Source of the DNA: a virus
Taxonomy: Duplodnaviria > Heunggongvirae > Uroviricota > Caudoviricetes
Length of the DNA: 9,478 nt
Reading direction: 5' to 3' (one strand)
IMG/VR virus record: IMGVR_UViG_2648501186_000020
Made by a program: the position numbers and the translations under genes. Below the pieces are notes generated by a model. It ran no database searches. It was not told the DNA's origin and worked only from the letters and a program-made list of their open reading frames with translations. Below are positions 1 to 6,199 of this stretch, in pieces. Every line of letters starts with the position of its first letter. Within the stretch, counting starts at the first letter, position 1.

Positions 1-1254
1 ATGCTGGAACAAATGGGCATTGCCGCGAAGCAAGCCTCGTATAAATTAGCGCAACTCTCCAGCCGCGAAAAAAATCGCGTGCTGGAAAAAATCGCCGATG
101 AACTGGAAGCACAAAGCGAAATCATCCTCAACGCTAACGCCCAGGATGTTGCTGACGCGCGAGCCAATGGCCTTAGCGAAGCGATGCTTGACCGTCTGGC
201 ACTGACGCCCGCACGGCTGAAAGGCATTGCCGACGATGTACGTCAGGTGTGCAACCTCGCCGATCCGGTGGGGCAGGTAATCGATGGCGGCGTACTGGAC
301 AGCGGCCTGCGTCTTGAGCGTCGTCGCGTACCGCTGGGGGTTATTGGCGTGATTTATGAAGCGCGCCCGAACGTGACGGTTGATGTCGCTTCGCTGTGCC
401 TGAAAACCGGTAATGCGGTGATCCTGCGCGGTGGCAAAGAAACGTGTCGCACTAACGCTGCAACGGTGGCGGTGATTCAGGACGCCCTGAAATCCTGCGG
501 CTTACCGGCGGGTGCCGTGCAGGCGATTGATAATCCTGACCGTGCGCTGGTCAGTGAAATGCTGCGTATGGATAAATACATCGACATGCTGATCCCGCGT
601 GGTGGCGCTGGTTTGCATAAACTGTGCCGTGAACAGTCGACAATCCCGGTGATCACAGGTGGTATAGGCGTATGCCATATTTACGTTGATGAAAGTGTAG
701 AGATCGCTGAAGCATTAAAAGTGATCGTCAACGCGAAAACTCAGCGTCCGAGCACATGTAATACGGTTGAAACGTTGCTGGTGAATAAAAACATCGCCGA
801 TAGCTTCCTGCCCGCATTAAGCAAACAAATGGCGGAAAGCGGCGTGACATTACACGCAGATGCAGCTGCACTGGCGCAGTTGCAGGCAGGCCCTGCGAAG
901 GTGGTTGCTGTTAAAGCCGAAGAGTATGACGATGAGTTTCTGTCATTAGATTTGAACGTCAAAATCGTCAGCGATCTTGACGATGCCATCGCCCATATTC
1001 GTGAACACGGCACACAACACTCCGATGCGATCCTGACCCGCGATATGCGCAACGCCCAGCGTTTTGTTAACGAAGTGGATTCGTCCGCTGTTTACGTTAA
1101 CGCCTCTACGCGTTTTACCGACGGCGGCCAGTTTGGTCTGGGTGCGGAAGTGGCGGTAAGCACACAAAAACTCCACGCGCGTGGCCCAATGGGGCTGGAA
1201 GCACTGACCACTTACAAGTGGATCGGCATTGGTGATTACACCATTCGTGCGTAA
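1..1254 (+). CDS. proA: Gamma-glutamyl phosphate reductase (ProA), complete 417 aa
   Basis: Full-length ORF from ATG at 1 to TAA at 1252-1254. Translation reads as E. coli-type ProA ([25 protein letters not shown]...), recognised from memory. It sits directly upstream of thrW, as in the E. coli chromosome. Confidence 0.95.
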
Positions 1255-1258
1255 ATAA

Positions 1259-1327
1259 AACCGGGTGATGCAAAAGTAGCCATTTGATTCACAAGGCCAT
1301 TGACGCATCGCCCGGTTAGTTTTAACC
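1259..1327 (+). terminator. Long hairpin downstream of proA (13-bp stem 1259-1271 with 1305-1317, one G-U pair), followed by AGTTTTAACC; possible proA terminator overlapping a thrW promoter region
   Basis: Inverted repeat AACCGGGTGATGC / GCATCGCCCGGTT read directly. The loop is 33 nt, large for a canonical intrinsic terminator. A TTGACG -35-like hexamer (1300-1305) lies inside it. Confidence 0.3.
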
Positions 1328-1368
1328 TTGTCCACCGTGATTCACGTTCGTGAACATGTCCTTTCAGG

Positions 1369-1444
1369 GCCGATATAGCTCAGTTGGTAGAGCAGCGCAT
1401 TCGTAATGCGAAGGTCGTAGGTTCGACTCCTATTATCGGCACCA
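1369..1444 (+). tRNA. thrW: tRNA-Thr (anticodon CGT), 76 nt including CCA
   Basis: GCCGATATAGCTCAGTTGGTAGAGCAGCGCATTCGTAATGCGAAGGTCGTAGGTTCGACTCCTATTATCGGCACCA. Cloverleaf elements are visible: D-loop AGCTCAGTTGGTAGAGC, anticodon loop with CGT, T-loop GGTTCGACTCC, 3' CCA. Position after proA matches thrW. Confidence 0.93.
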
Positions 1445-1458
1445 TTAAAATCAATAAG

Positions 1459-2622
1459 TTACACATCATTAGTACCTTCCTTATTTTTTGACTGGGACAA
1501 ATTTGGGACCGATGGGTTCAGGATCGAGTCTATTTGCCGTGCGTGTTCGGTAAGGTGATTAGGTGCAAGGTGAGCATATCGACGAACCATTTCGATAGAC
1601 TCCCAGCCTCCCATTTCCTGTAACACTGACAACGGGACTCCGGCTTGAACCAGCCAACTTGCCCAGGTGTGTCTCAAGTCGTGAAATCTGAAATCATCAA
1701 TACCAGCCCGTCTCAGCGCCGCTTTCCAGGCTGTGTTTGCGTCATACCGCATCTTCCTTACTGTTGGCGCTTTCGTTCCGTCTGGTTTGGTACAGCTTTC
1801 CTTGTACACAAATACCCAACGGTGATGATTCCCGATTTGTTTTTTCAATACGCGACATGCAGTATCATTCAGCGCAACGCCAATTGCGCGGTTTGATTTA
1901 CTCTCTTCCGGGTTTATCCATGCCACCCGGCGCTGCATATCTATTTGTTGCCATTCAAGGTTGATGATGTTCGAGCGTCTTAAGCCTGTTGCCAGTGCAA
2001 ATTCAACAACAGACTTTAATGGCTCCGGACATTCATCAATCAGCCTTTGTGCTTCATGGGGCTCCAGCCAGCGGATCCGTTTATTCTTTGGTTGAGGCAC
2101 TTTAATAATTGGTGCCTTATCCAGCATTTTCCATTCACGCTCTGCGGCTCTTAGTAGGGCCTTTATAAATGAAAGATGCGTAGCCTTCGTTGCAACGGAC
2201 GCTGGTTTTGGCGTGTATTCTGGAACAGGTTTCCCTTTTTTTCTGCATGCTTCTGCCCTGAGTTTCCAGTTTTCCTCATGACGCCGGTTCGTCATTTTCT
2301 GCATTGCTGAATAAATTTTTGATTCAGTAATGTCTCTTAGTTGCATTCCTGCGAAATGTTGAAGCCAGAATCCGATCCGGCTTTTGTCATCGTCCAGTGA
2401 TTTTTTATGTGCTTTCTCTTCAAGCCACCTGACACAAGCTTCCTCGAACGTTATATCAGGTATTTCACCAAGTTTGCTGACCCGCCATGCTTCAGCCTTT
2501 AGCTTGTCATGGAGTTCTGTCGCCTGCCTTTTGTCCTTTGTTCCAAGAGACTGTTTAAATCTTTTACCGTTCGGCAATGTGAAACTGGCGTACCATATTT
2601 CACCTCTGCGGAAGAGTGACAT
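1459..2622 (-). CDS. int: Phage tyrosine integrase, P22-like, 387 aa
   Basis: ORF begins [14 protein letters not shown] (typical arm-binding N-terminus). C-terminal catalytic region has HDLRHTWAS (HxxR) and RRYAHL (Tyr). Stop lies 15 bp from the 3' end of thrW, the known P22 attachment site. Length matches P22 Int (387 aa) from memory. Confidence 0.92.
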   Translation of the reverse strand: MSLFRRGEIWYASFTLPNGKRFKQSLGTKDKRQATELHDKLKAEAWRVSKLGEIPDITFEEACVRWLEEKAHKKSLDDDKSRIGFWLQHFAGMQLRDITESKIYSAMQKMTNRRHEENWKLRAEACRKKGKPVPEYTPKPASVATKATHLSFIKALLRAAEREWKMLDKAPIIKVPQPKNKRIRWLEPHEAQRLIDECPEPLKSVVEFALATGLRRSNIINLEWQQIDMQRRVAWINPEESKSNRAIGVALNDTACRVLKKQIGNHHRWVFVYKESCTKPDGTKAPTVRKMRYDANTAWKAALRRAGIDDFRFHDLRHTWASWLVQAGVPLSVLQEMGGWESIEMVRRYAHLAPNHLTEHARQIDSILNPSVPNLSQSKNKEGTNDV

Positions 2623-2849
2623 TTTCTTTCCTCTGTTATGCCATCACCCGCGCTCACCTGGACAGTATGCAGCGGAGACTGAAGAGCCGCAATGCAGGCT
2701 TGTCGTGTTGTGAGGTAAGGAGATTTATTCTTAGTGGGATCTTTGCGTGTTGCCTGAAGACGCCCTGTGCGTATCCAGTTAATGGCAGTCGGTCTGGATA
2801 TCTTGAGAAAATGACAGGCCTCATCGAGTGTGAGGCTGTATGGCTCCAT
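2499..2849 (-). CDS. xis: Excisionase (Xis), 116 aa, P22-like
   Basis: Internal Met ([31 protein letters not shown]...) preceded by SD GAGGTG with 5-nt spacer. Start overlaps the stop of the upstream gene as TAATG. 3' end overlaps the int start by 124 bp in another frame. Size matches P22 Xis from memory. The longer 144-aa ORF in the track is taken to be an N-terminal over-extension. Confidence 0.7.
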   Translation of the reverse strand: MEPYSLTLDEACHFLKISRPTAINWIRTGRLQATRKDPTKNKSPYLTTRQACIAALQSPLHTVQVSAGDGITEERKCHSSAEVKYGTPVSHCRTVKDLNSLLEQRTKGRRQNSMTS

Positions 2850-3154
2850 TATTTCACCTCTTGTTGTGACATTGTTGAAAAATGGATACCAGCTCGTTGC
2901 TGCCAGACGATCCAACCGAGAGTCATATCCCATGCCATGTATTCGTTATCGCCGTTTTTTGCTCTCCGACGATCTACTAAGTCACCGAAACGCTTTTCCA
3001 TGAATAATTCATAAGCTTCGCGTTCATCTGGTTCTACTTCCAGAGATAGGAGTGCGATTTCATAAGCACGGCGCTCAATATCGTCTCGCACGTCAAGGCT
3101 GCTGATACGCTCTTTAATTTCTTTAATCAGTTCTTTGTCGGTAAAAGTGGTCAT
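2849..3154 (-). CDS. Small early-left hypothetical protein, 101 aa (YfdT-like by position and size)
   Basis: ORF with GGAG SD. Start overlaps the upstream stop as TAATG; its own stop overlaps the xis start as TAATG. Acidic protein (MTTFTDKELIKEIKERISSLDV...). Same order and size as yfdT of the K-12 CPS-53 prophage, from memory. Confidence 0.6.
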   Translation of the reverse strand: MTTFTDKELIKEIKERISSLDVRDDIERRAYEIALLSLEVEPDEREAYELFMEKRFGDLVDRRRAKNGDNEYMAWDMTLGWIVWQQRAGIHFSTMSQQEVK

Positions 3155-3516
3155 TATGCTCCAGCCTCCGGTGCTTTTGGCATTACTGCCCAGTGAGTGA
3201 TATTGACGTTTTCAAGGTCCCCGACCTGAAATGTCCACTGCCATTCTCCGGTTTCTTTTTGTCCCCAGGTGTACCAGAGAGAACGCCAGCCAATTAGCCA
3301 GCCTTCTCCGTTAGCATCGAATAACAAAACACTTTCATTTGCTGGTGGCAGTTCAGTTGACACTGGTATTACTTTGTTTTCCTGTGCTGCACATTTAGCT
3401 TCAAGCGCATCGAATTTACGCACCAGGTATTCAGCATCCGTTTCATTCACTTTCAGATCTCGCGGTACACATCTCCCACGAAGAAACCCTTCCATTTCGA
3501 AAACATTCATGCGCAT
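3154..3516 (-). CDS. DUF551-like protein, 120 aa (YfdS-like)
   Basis: Trp-rich C-terminal region (GEGWLIGWRSLWYTWGQKETGEWQWTFQ...VTHWAVMP) typical of DUF551 phage proteins. The alternative ATG at 3510 forms an ATGA overlap with the stop of the upstream gene. Size matches K-12 yfdS, from memory. Confidence 0.65.
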   Translation of the reverse strand: MRMNVFEMEGFLRGRCVPRDLKVNETDAEYLVRKFDALEAKCAAQENKVIPVSTELPPANESVLLFDANGEGWLIGWRSLWYTWGQKETGEWQWTFQVGDLENVNITHWAVMPKAPEAGA

Positions 3517-4043
3517 TTGCGTAACTCCGATAATTCGTTAAAGCGTTCCATAAACATCCCGTAGGCATGGCCTGGAGCCAGTGGAATCACGTTGAACATC
3601 TCTGTTGCCGGGATACCTTCCAGCACAGGCCAGAAAGAGCCATCATCAAGCCCGAGATCGCGGCGTTCGGTTGCCAGCATAATGAGATCGGCATATTTCA
3701 CTGGCGTGCTCATAACAGGAGGTAACCCGTATTTCTCACGGATTACGGCGTCTATTTTTTCTTCCATCCGTTTATAGTCAGGAAGAAGTCGTTTCAGTGG
3801 TGCGGGGATGTCCTGGCAATATGCTTCTGTTGCATCATGCATTAAAGCTTCAAAAGCAAATTCCTGCGGCACCAGCTGGCTGCAAAGCACCGCATGTTGG
3901 GCGACACTGTAGAAGTGTGAAAGATGTCCTGCAAAGCGACAGATATTTGAAAGGGAAACCGCGATATCGTTAATAACGATGTCGTCTTTATTTATCCTGT
4001 CATAATAAAAATGCTTCCCGGAAAAAGTTTTAATAAATGACAT
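3507..4043 (-). CDS. yfdR: HD-domain phosphohydrolase, 178 aa (YfdR-like 5'-deoxynucleotidase family)
   Basis: HD motif visible in LMHDATEAY. Start MSFIKTF at 4043 is preceded by SD GGAG with 6-nt spacer. The track's longer form starting at 4070 lacks an SD. Strongly resembles CPS-53 YfdR, from memory. Confidence 0.8.
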   Translation of the reverse strand: MSFIKTFSGKHFYYDRINKDDIVINDIAVSLSNICRFAGHLSHFYSVAQHAVLCSQLVPQEFAFEALMHDATEAYCQDIPAPLKRLLPDYKRMEEKIDAVIREKYGLPPVMSTPVKYADLIMLATERRDLGLDDGSFWPVLEGIPATEMFNVIPLAPGHAYGMFMERFNELSELRKCA

Positions 4044-4168
4044 TTTGTTCTCCACGTATATGCGCTGCACCGCGCTGAATTCCGGTAAAAGGAAGCCCTC
4101 ACCGTCCGGCGATTATTGAGTCAATTACATTTCCATAAATGCCCCCGTAGGGGCGGTTAGTTTCTCCA

Positions 4169-4255
4169 CAAAACAGAGAAGAACACCTGCGGTGGCAGCC
4201 GCCCGGATGGATTGGGTTATGAGCCCGTCGTCCGGTGATGCTCTTCTCTGTTTTG
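4169..4255. repeat. Perfect 14-bp inverted repeat CAAAACAGAGAAGA / TCTTCTCTGTTTTG enclosing a 59-nt GC-rich loop
   Basis: Read directly from the sequence. Arms are exact reverse complements. The loop contains further short complementary segments (GCGG/CCGC, CCGG/CCGG). Confidence 0.85.
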
Positions 4256-4523
4256 TAAAAAGGACGGTACCAGCCGGAAGCAAGGGTACAAGCTGGTACC
4301 GCCAAGACTACACACAGCATAAAGTTGTGGTGCCGGGTGCCTCCCGGTGCCTGGCGAAGGTTGCACACCAGGCGGGTGGGTATCCACAGAAGGTCGACTG
4401 TCAGCCTCAACCTTAACCCGCGTGCGCTGAGCCGCATTCACCACAACGCTAAGGATTCTCTCTGGTTGAAAATACTTAGCTGTTATGTGCCTGCTTTTAG
4501 CCACATCAGGCGAGGTGGACCTA

Positions 4524-4572
4524 GTTATTCCCCAACAACAAGGATTCGGTTAATCTGGTTATCCCCAACAAC
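4524..4572 (+). repeat. Two direct repeats GTTAT(T)CCCCAACAAC, 34 bp apart, immediately upstream of the orf144 RBS; a third degenerate copy (CCACAACGCTAAGGATTC) lies at 4441-4458
   Basis: Copies at 4524-4539 and 4558-4572. The AAGGATTC...CTGGTT context also recurs at 4451-4468 and 4540-4560. Confidence 0.7.
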
Positions 4573-4587
4573 GCAAAAGGAAAAGAA

Positions 4588-5022
4588 ATGTCCGGTAATA
4601 TCTATACGCTGTACAAATCCCACTGTGAAAATGTTGGAAAGTATCGGGGCATTGAAATCAGTGGGGTAGTGTCATCAGTCGAAATAAGCAAAGTTGAATC
4701 AAGGGCAACATTACTTACTCTTTTGGACCTTGTCTTACATGAGCACCGGAAGAAATTCGGCACTCCCTATAATCAGTTGAATGGGAAAAAGGCTCTGGTT
4801 CACCTTATTCTGATGAAGCATCACTGGATGCCAAAACAGATTAATGAGATGAAATTTGATGAACTTCTTCTTTCAATTCAGGATGAACTCACACTTGATA
4901 AAATAAGCGTAACCGCCCAGAAATTTTTAGATTATCGAGACTGGAGATCACAAATTCATCATTTTGATGATTTTGACGAAAATGAATGGGATCCTAATTT
5001 GTCTGCACAATATCTAAAGTAA
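4588..5022 (+). CDS. Orphan hypothetical protein, 144 aa, transcribed opposite to the flanking phage early-left operon
   Basis: ATG preceded by SD AAGGA (4577-4581) with 6-nt spacer. Protein-like composition with His/Lys-rich centre (HEHRKKF, MKHHWMPK) and acidic C-terminus (HHFDDFDENEWDP). A plus-strand intrinsic terminator follows at 5260-5285. No family recognised. Confidence 0.75.
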   Translation: MSGNIYTLYKSHCENVGKYRGIEISGVVSSVEISKVESRATLLTLLDLVLHEHRKKFGTPYNQLNGKKALVHLILMKHHWMPKQINEMKFDELLLSIQDELTLDKISVTAQKFLDYRDWRSQIHHFDDFDENEWDPNLSAQYLK

Positions 5023-5200
5023 CATCCTGTGATAAAACCGTGATTTCCTGATCCAGTTTTTTTAAGGAGTCTATTGTTTCCTGTCGATAAGACAGCACTT
5101 CACGAAGCTGGTTTATAGCTGCCAGCTTCTTTGTCATCCACTCATAAATTTCCTCATCTGTGTAGCCAGGCGCGACGATTTTGGGTTCTGTTTTGTGCAT
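4994..5200 (-). CDS. Small hypothetical protein, 68 aa; first gene downstream of PL
   Basis: ATG at 5200 with strong SD GAGGAG and 7-nt spacer. The track's longer form uses an upstream TTG. Stop TAG at 4994-4996 overlaps the 3' end of orf144 by 29 bp (convergent). No arginine-rich N-like motif; mid-region may be helical (AAINQLREVLSYRQETIDSLKKLDQEI). Confidence 0.6.
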   Translation of the reverse strand: MHKTEPKIVAPGYTDEEIYEWMTKKLAAINQLREVLSYRQETIDSLKKLDQEITVLSQDVTLDIVQTN

Positions 5201-5245
5201 TTCACATCTCCTCAAGTTATCAGTTACTTGTTGATGGGGACCAGA

Positions 5246-5257
5246 TTGTTAAAGAGC
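5246..5257 (-). promoter_or_regulatory. boxA-like element (GCTCTTTAACAA on the minus strand) in the PL leader, 2 nt downstream of a hairpin
   Basis: Minus-strand reading AGCGCCCTACAGGACGCT-TA-GCTCTTTAACAATCTGG. The 12-mer matches the rrn / lambdoid nut boxA consensus as I recall it. Position is between PL and the first PL gene. Confidence 0.4.
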
Positions 5258-5259
5258 TA

Positions 5260-5285
5260 AGCGTCCTGTAGGGCGCTTTTTTGTT
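5260..5285 (+). terminator. Rho-independent terminator, plus strand (likely ends the orf144 transcript)
   Basis: Stem AGCGTCC / GGGCGCT (7 bp including one G-U), loop TGTA, followed by TTTTTTGTTG. The same hairpin on the minus-strand transcript is the one adjacent to the boxA-like element. Confidence 0.55.
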
Positions 5286-5367
5286 GCTAACGAATCATCC
5301 TGGACTTCATATGCCCCAGGCGGCTACTTCGTGGGCGTCCTGCCTGTTCGTTGTTTCGCTTGGGTAC

Positions 5368-5395
5368 ATTATGTATCTCAAAGGTACATTGTCAA
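5368..5395 (-). promoter_or_regulatory. PL-like sigma70 promoter with overlapping operator (OL)
   Basis: Minus strand reads TTGACA (5395-5390), 16-nt spacer, CATAAT (5373-5368). Palindrome TACAT-T-ATGTA (5365-5375) overlaps the -10. GGTACA half-sites at 5363-5368 and 5383-5388 resemble the OR half-sites. Confidence 0.6.
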
Positions 5396-5396
5396 G

Positions 5397-5422
5397 TATA
5401 AAAAAACCTGCCGAAGCAGGTT
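5397..5422 (-). terminator. Rho-independent terminator just downstream of cI (minus strand)
   Basis: Minus-strand hairpin AACCTGC-TTCG-GCAGGTT followed by a 7-U run. It lies 13 nt after the cI stop. Confidence 0.6.
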
Positions 5423-5434
5423 CATAAACATTGA

Positions 5435-6109
5435 TTAGGCTTTGATTTTGTATCTTCTTGGTTTTCCTGAGAAAATCACTGTACCAATTATAGAGCAATT
5501 ACCGTTGATCTTAATGTAAGGCTCAGGCCAGTTTGGGTTTAACGCTTTGAGATAACGCTGTGTCCCATCTTCTATCAACCTTTTGAAGGTGGTTTCACCT
5601 GTATCGTGCATCAATGCAATAACGTCGTCACCGTGGCAGGCAGGTACTTCAGGATCGACAAAAATCATGTCTCCCGGGCGGTACTCATCAATCATTGAAT
5701 CACCTATCACCCGCAAGATATAAGTCATTTCCCCACAGGGTACAGGGCAGGGATACGTTTCTGCTGTGCTCAAATCAACCTCAGAATATCCAACTTCTTT
5801 CCATGCTCCGGCCTGTACCCATGATATGACAGGGACTAATGTGATTTGTTTATTAGTGATTGAAACATCAGGTTTTTTTGTGATGTTCGTTGTCTGGTGT
5901 TCTTGATCGAGCCATCCGACAGGCAGGTCGAAACATTTTTCGATGTGTCGTGCCATGCTGTCACCGATATTTTTAGTAGCACCATCTCCCATAAACCTGC
6001 TGGTCTGGGTTGGCTCGCGATCAATCATAGTGGCAAAGGAAGAATTCCCGCCAACACCATCTCTCAGTTTTCTGGCGTTAGACCGCCGGATGTCATGGAT
6101 TGTTTTCAT
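5435..6109 (-). CDS. cI: Prophage repressor, CI / C2-like, 224 aa (N-terminal HTH, C-terminal S24 LexA-like autopeptidase)
   Basis: C-terminal VIGDSMIDEYRPGDMIFVD contains the S24 Ser motif; TFKRL supplies the Lys. Candidate Ala-Gly cleavage site in WVQAGAW. Divergent from a cro-like gene across an operator-rich spacer. Confidence 0.88.
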   Translation of the reverse strand: MKTIHDIRRSNARKLRDGVGGNSSFATMIDREPTQTSRFMGDGATKNIGDSMARHIEKCFDLPVGWLDQEHQTTNITKKPDVSITNKQITLVPVISWVQAGAWKEVGYSEVDLSTAETYPCPVPCGEMTYILRVIGDSMIDEYRPGDMIFVDPEVPACHGDDVIALMHDTGETTFKRLIEDGTQRYLKALNPNWPEPYIKINGNCSIIGTVIFSGKPRRYKIKA

Positions 6110-6124
6110 AACGAAATTAAAACC

Positions 6125-6197
6125 CTTGTACCGTTAAGGTACAAGTATCTTGAAGGTTCATTTCAATCATGTAATATGTACACCGGAGGTACATATT
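6125..6197 (+). promoter_or_regulatory. OR operators with PR (and presumably PRM) between cI and cro
   Basis: Palindrome CTTGTACC-GTTAA-GGTACAAG (6125-6145). Second inverted repeat AATATGTAC-N7-GTACATATT (6173-6197). PR candidate TTGAAG (6150-6155), 16-nt spacer, TAATAT (6172-6177). Cro SD GGAGG at 6185-6189. Confidence 0.55.
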
Positions 6198-6199
6198 GT

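Larger units (their letters stand above)
4141..4572. other. GC-rich, hairpin-dense non-coding region (candidate structured ncRNA or long structured leader); strand not determined
   Basis: No protein-like ORF: all overlapping track ORFs are Arg/Pro/Gly-rich and lack RBSs. Dense inverted repeats: GCCCC-CGTA-GGGGC (4141-4154); 14-bp perfect IR 4169-4182 / 4242-4255; 10-bp IR 4265-4274 / 4292-4301; CCGGG-TGCCT-CCCGG (4333-4347); triple GGTGCC (4329-4351). Ends in two direct repeats just before the orf144 RBS. Confidence 0.45.

Noticed and set aside
741-1335. Minus-strand ORFs 741..1052 and 946..1335 inside or overlapping proA
   Set aside because: Antisense shadow ORFs within a complete, highly conserved housekeeping gene. 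No RBS and odd composition (Cys/Ser/Arg-rich).
1645-2713. Plus-strand ORFs 1645..1896, 1737..1964 and 2384..2713 opposite int
   Set aside because: Lie wholly antisense to the integrase gene. Ser/Cys/Leu-rich low-complexity translations with no SD sequences.
2616-3541. Plus-strand ORFs 2616..3014 and 3269..3541 opposite xis, yfdT-like and yfdS-like
   Set aside because: Antisense to a tightly coupled operon. Cys-rich, non-protein-like translations.
3592-3777. Plus-strand 61-aa ORF inside the yfdR-like gene
   Set aside because: Shadow ORF on the opposite strand of a clear HD-domain gene.
4141-4572. CRISPR array or tRNA/tmRNA in the structured region
   Set aside because: No regularly spaced identical repeats with unique spacers. 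No cloverleaf with a T-loop GGTTCGA-type motif.
4099-4669. Four overlapping ORFs (4099..4437 -, 4192..4416 +, 4217..4504 -, 4325..4669 +) in the GC-rich region
   Set aside because: Arg/Pro/Gly/Cys-rich translations typical of GC-rich non-coding DNA read in frame. Mutually overlapping, no RBSs. The 4325..4669 ORF runs through the RBS and start of orf144 in another frame.
4141-5022. Retron (msr-msd plus reverse transcriptase) explanation for the structured region
   Set aside because: No reverse-transcriptase ORF anywhere in the window. The downstream protein is only 144 aa with no RT motifs (no YxDD). Only the general idea of a long stem-loop RNA is retained as a hypothesis.
4524-5022. Canonical type III toxin-antitoxin (ToxIN/AbiQ-like repeat RNA plus ToxN)
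   Set aside because: Only two to three imperfect repeats rather than a precise tandem array, no terminator between the repeats and the ORF, and orf144 shows no recognisable resemblance to ToxN/AbiQ. Kept only as a low-probability alternative.
5307-6137. ORFs 5307..5498 (-), 5836..6024 (-), 5943..6137 (+) and the 5897 start of the 167-aa plus ORF
   Set aside because: These overlap the cI coding region or the operator/terminator DNA. The real cro starts at 6200 with its own SD, and the rest are shadow frames.
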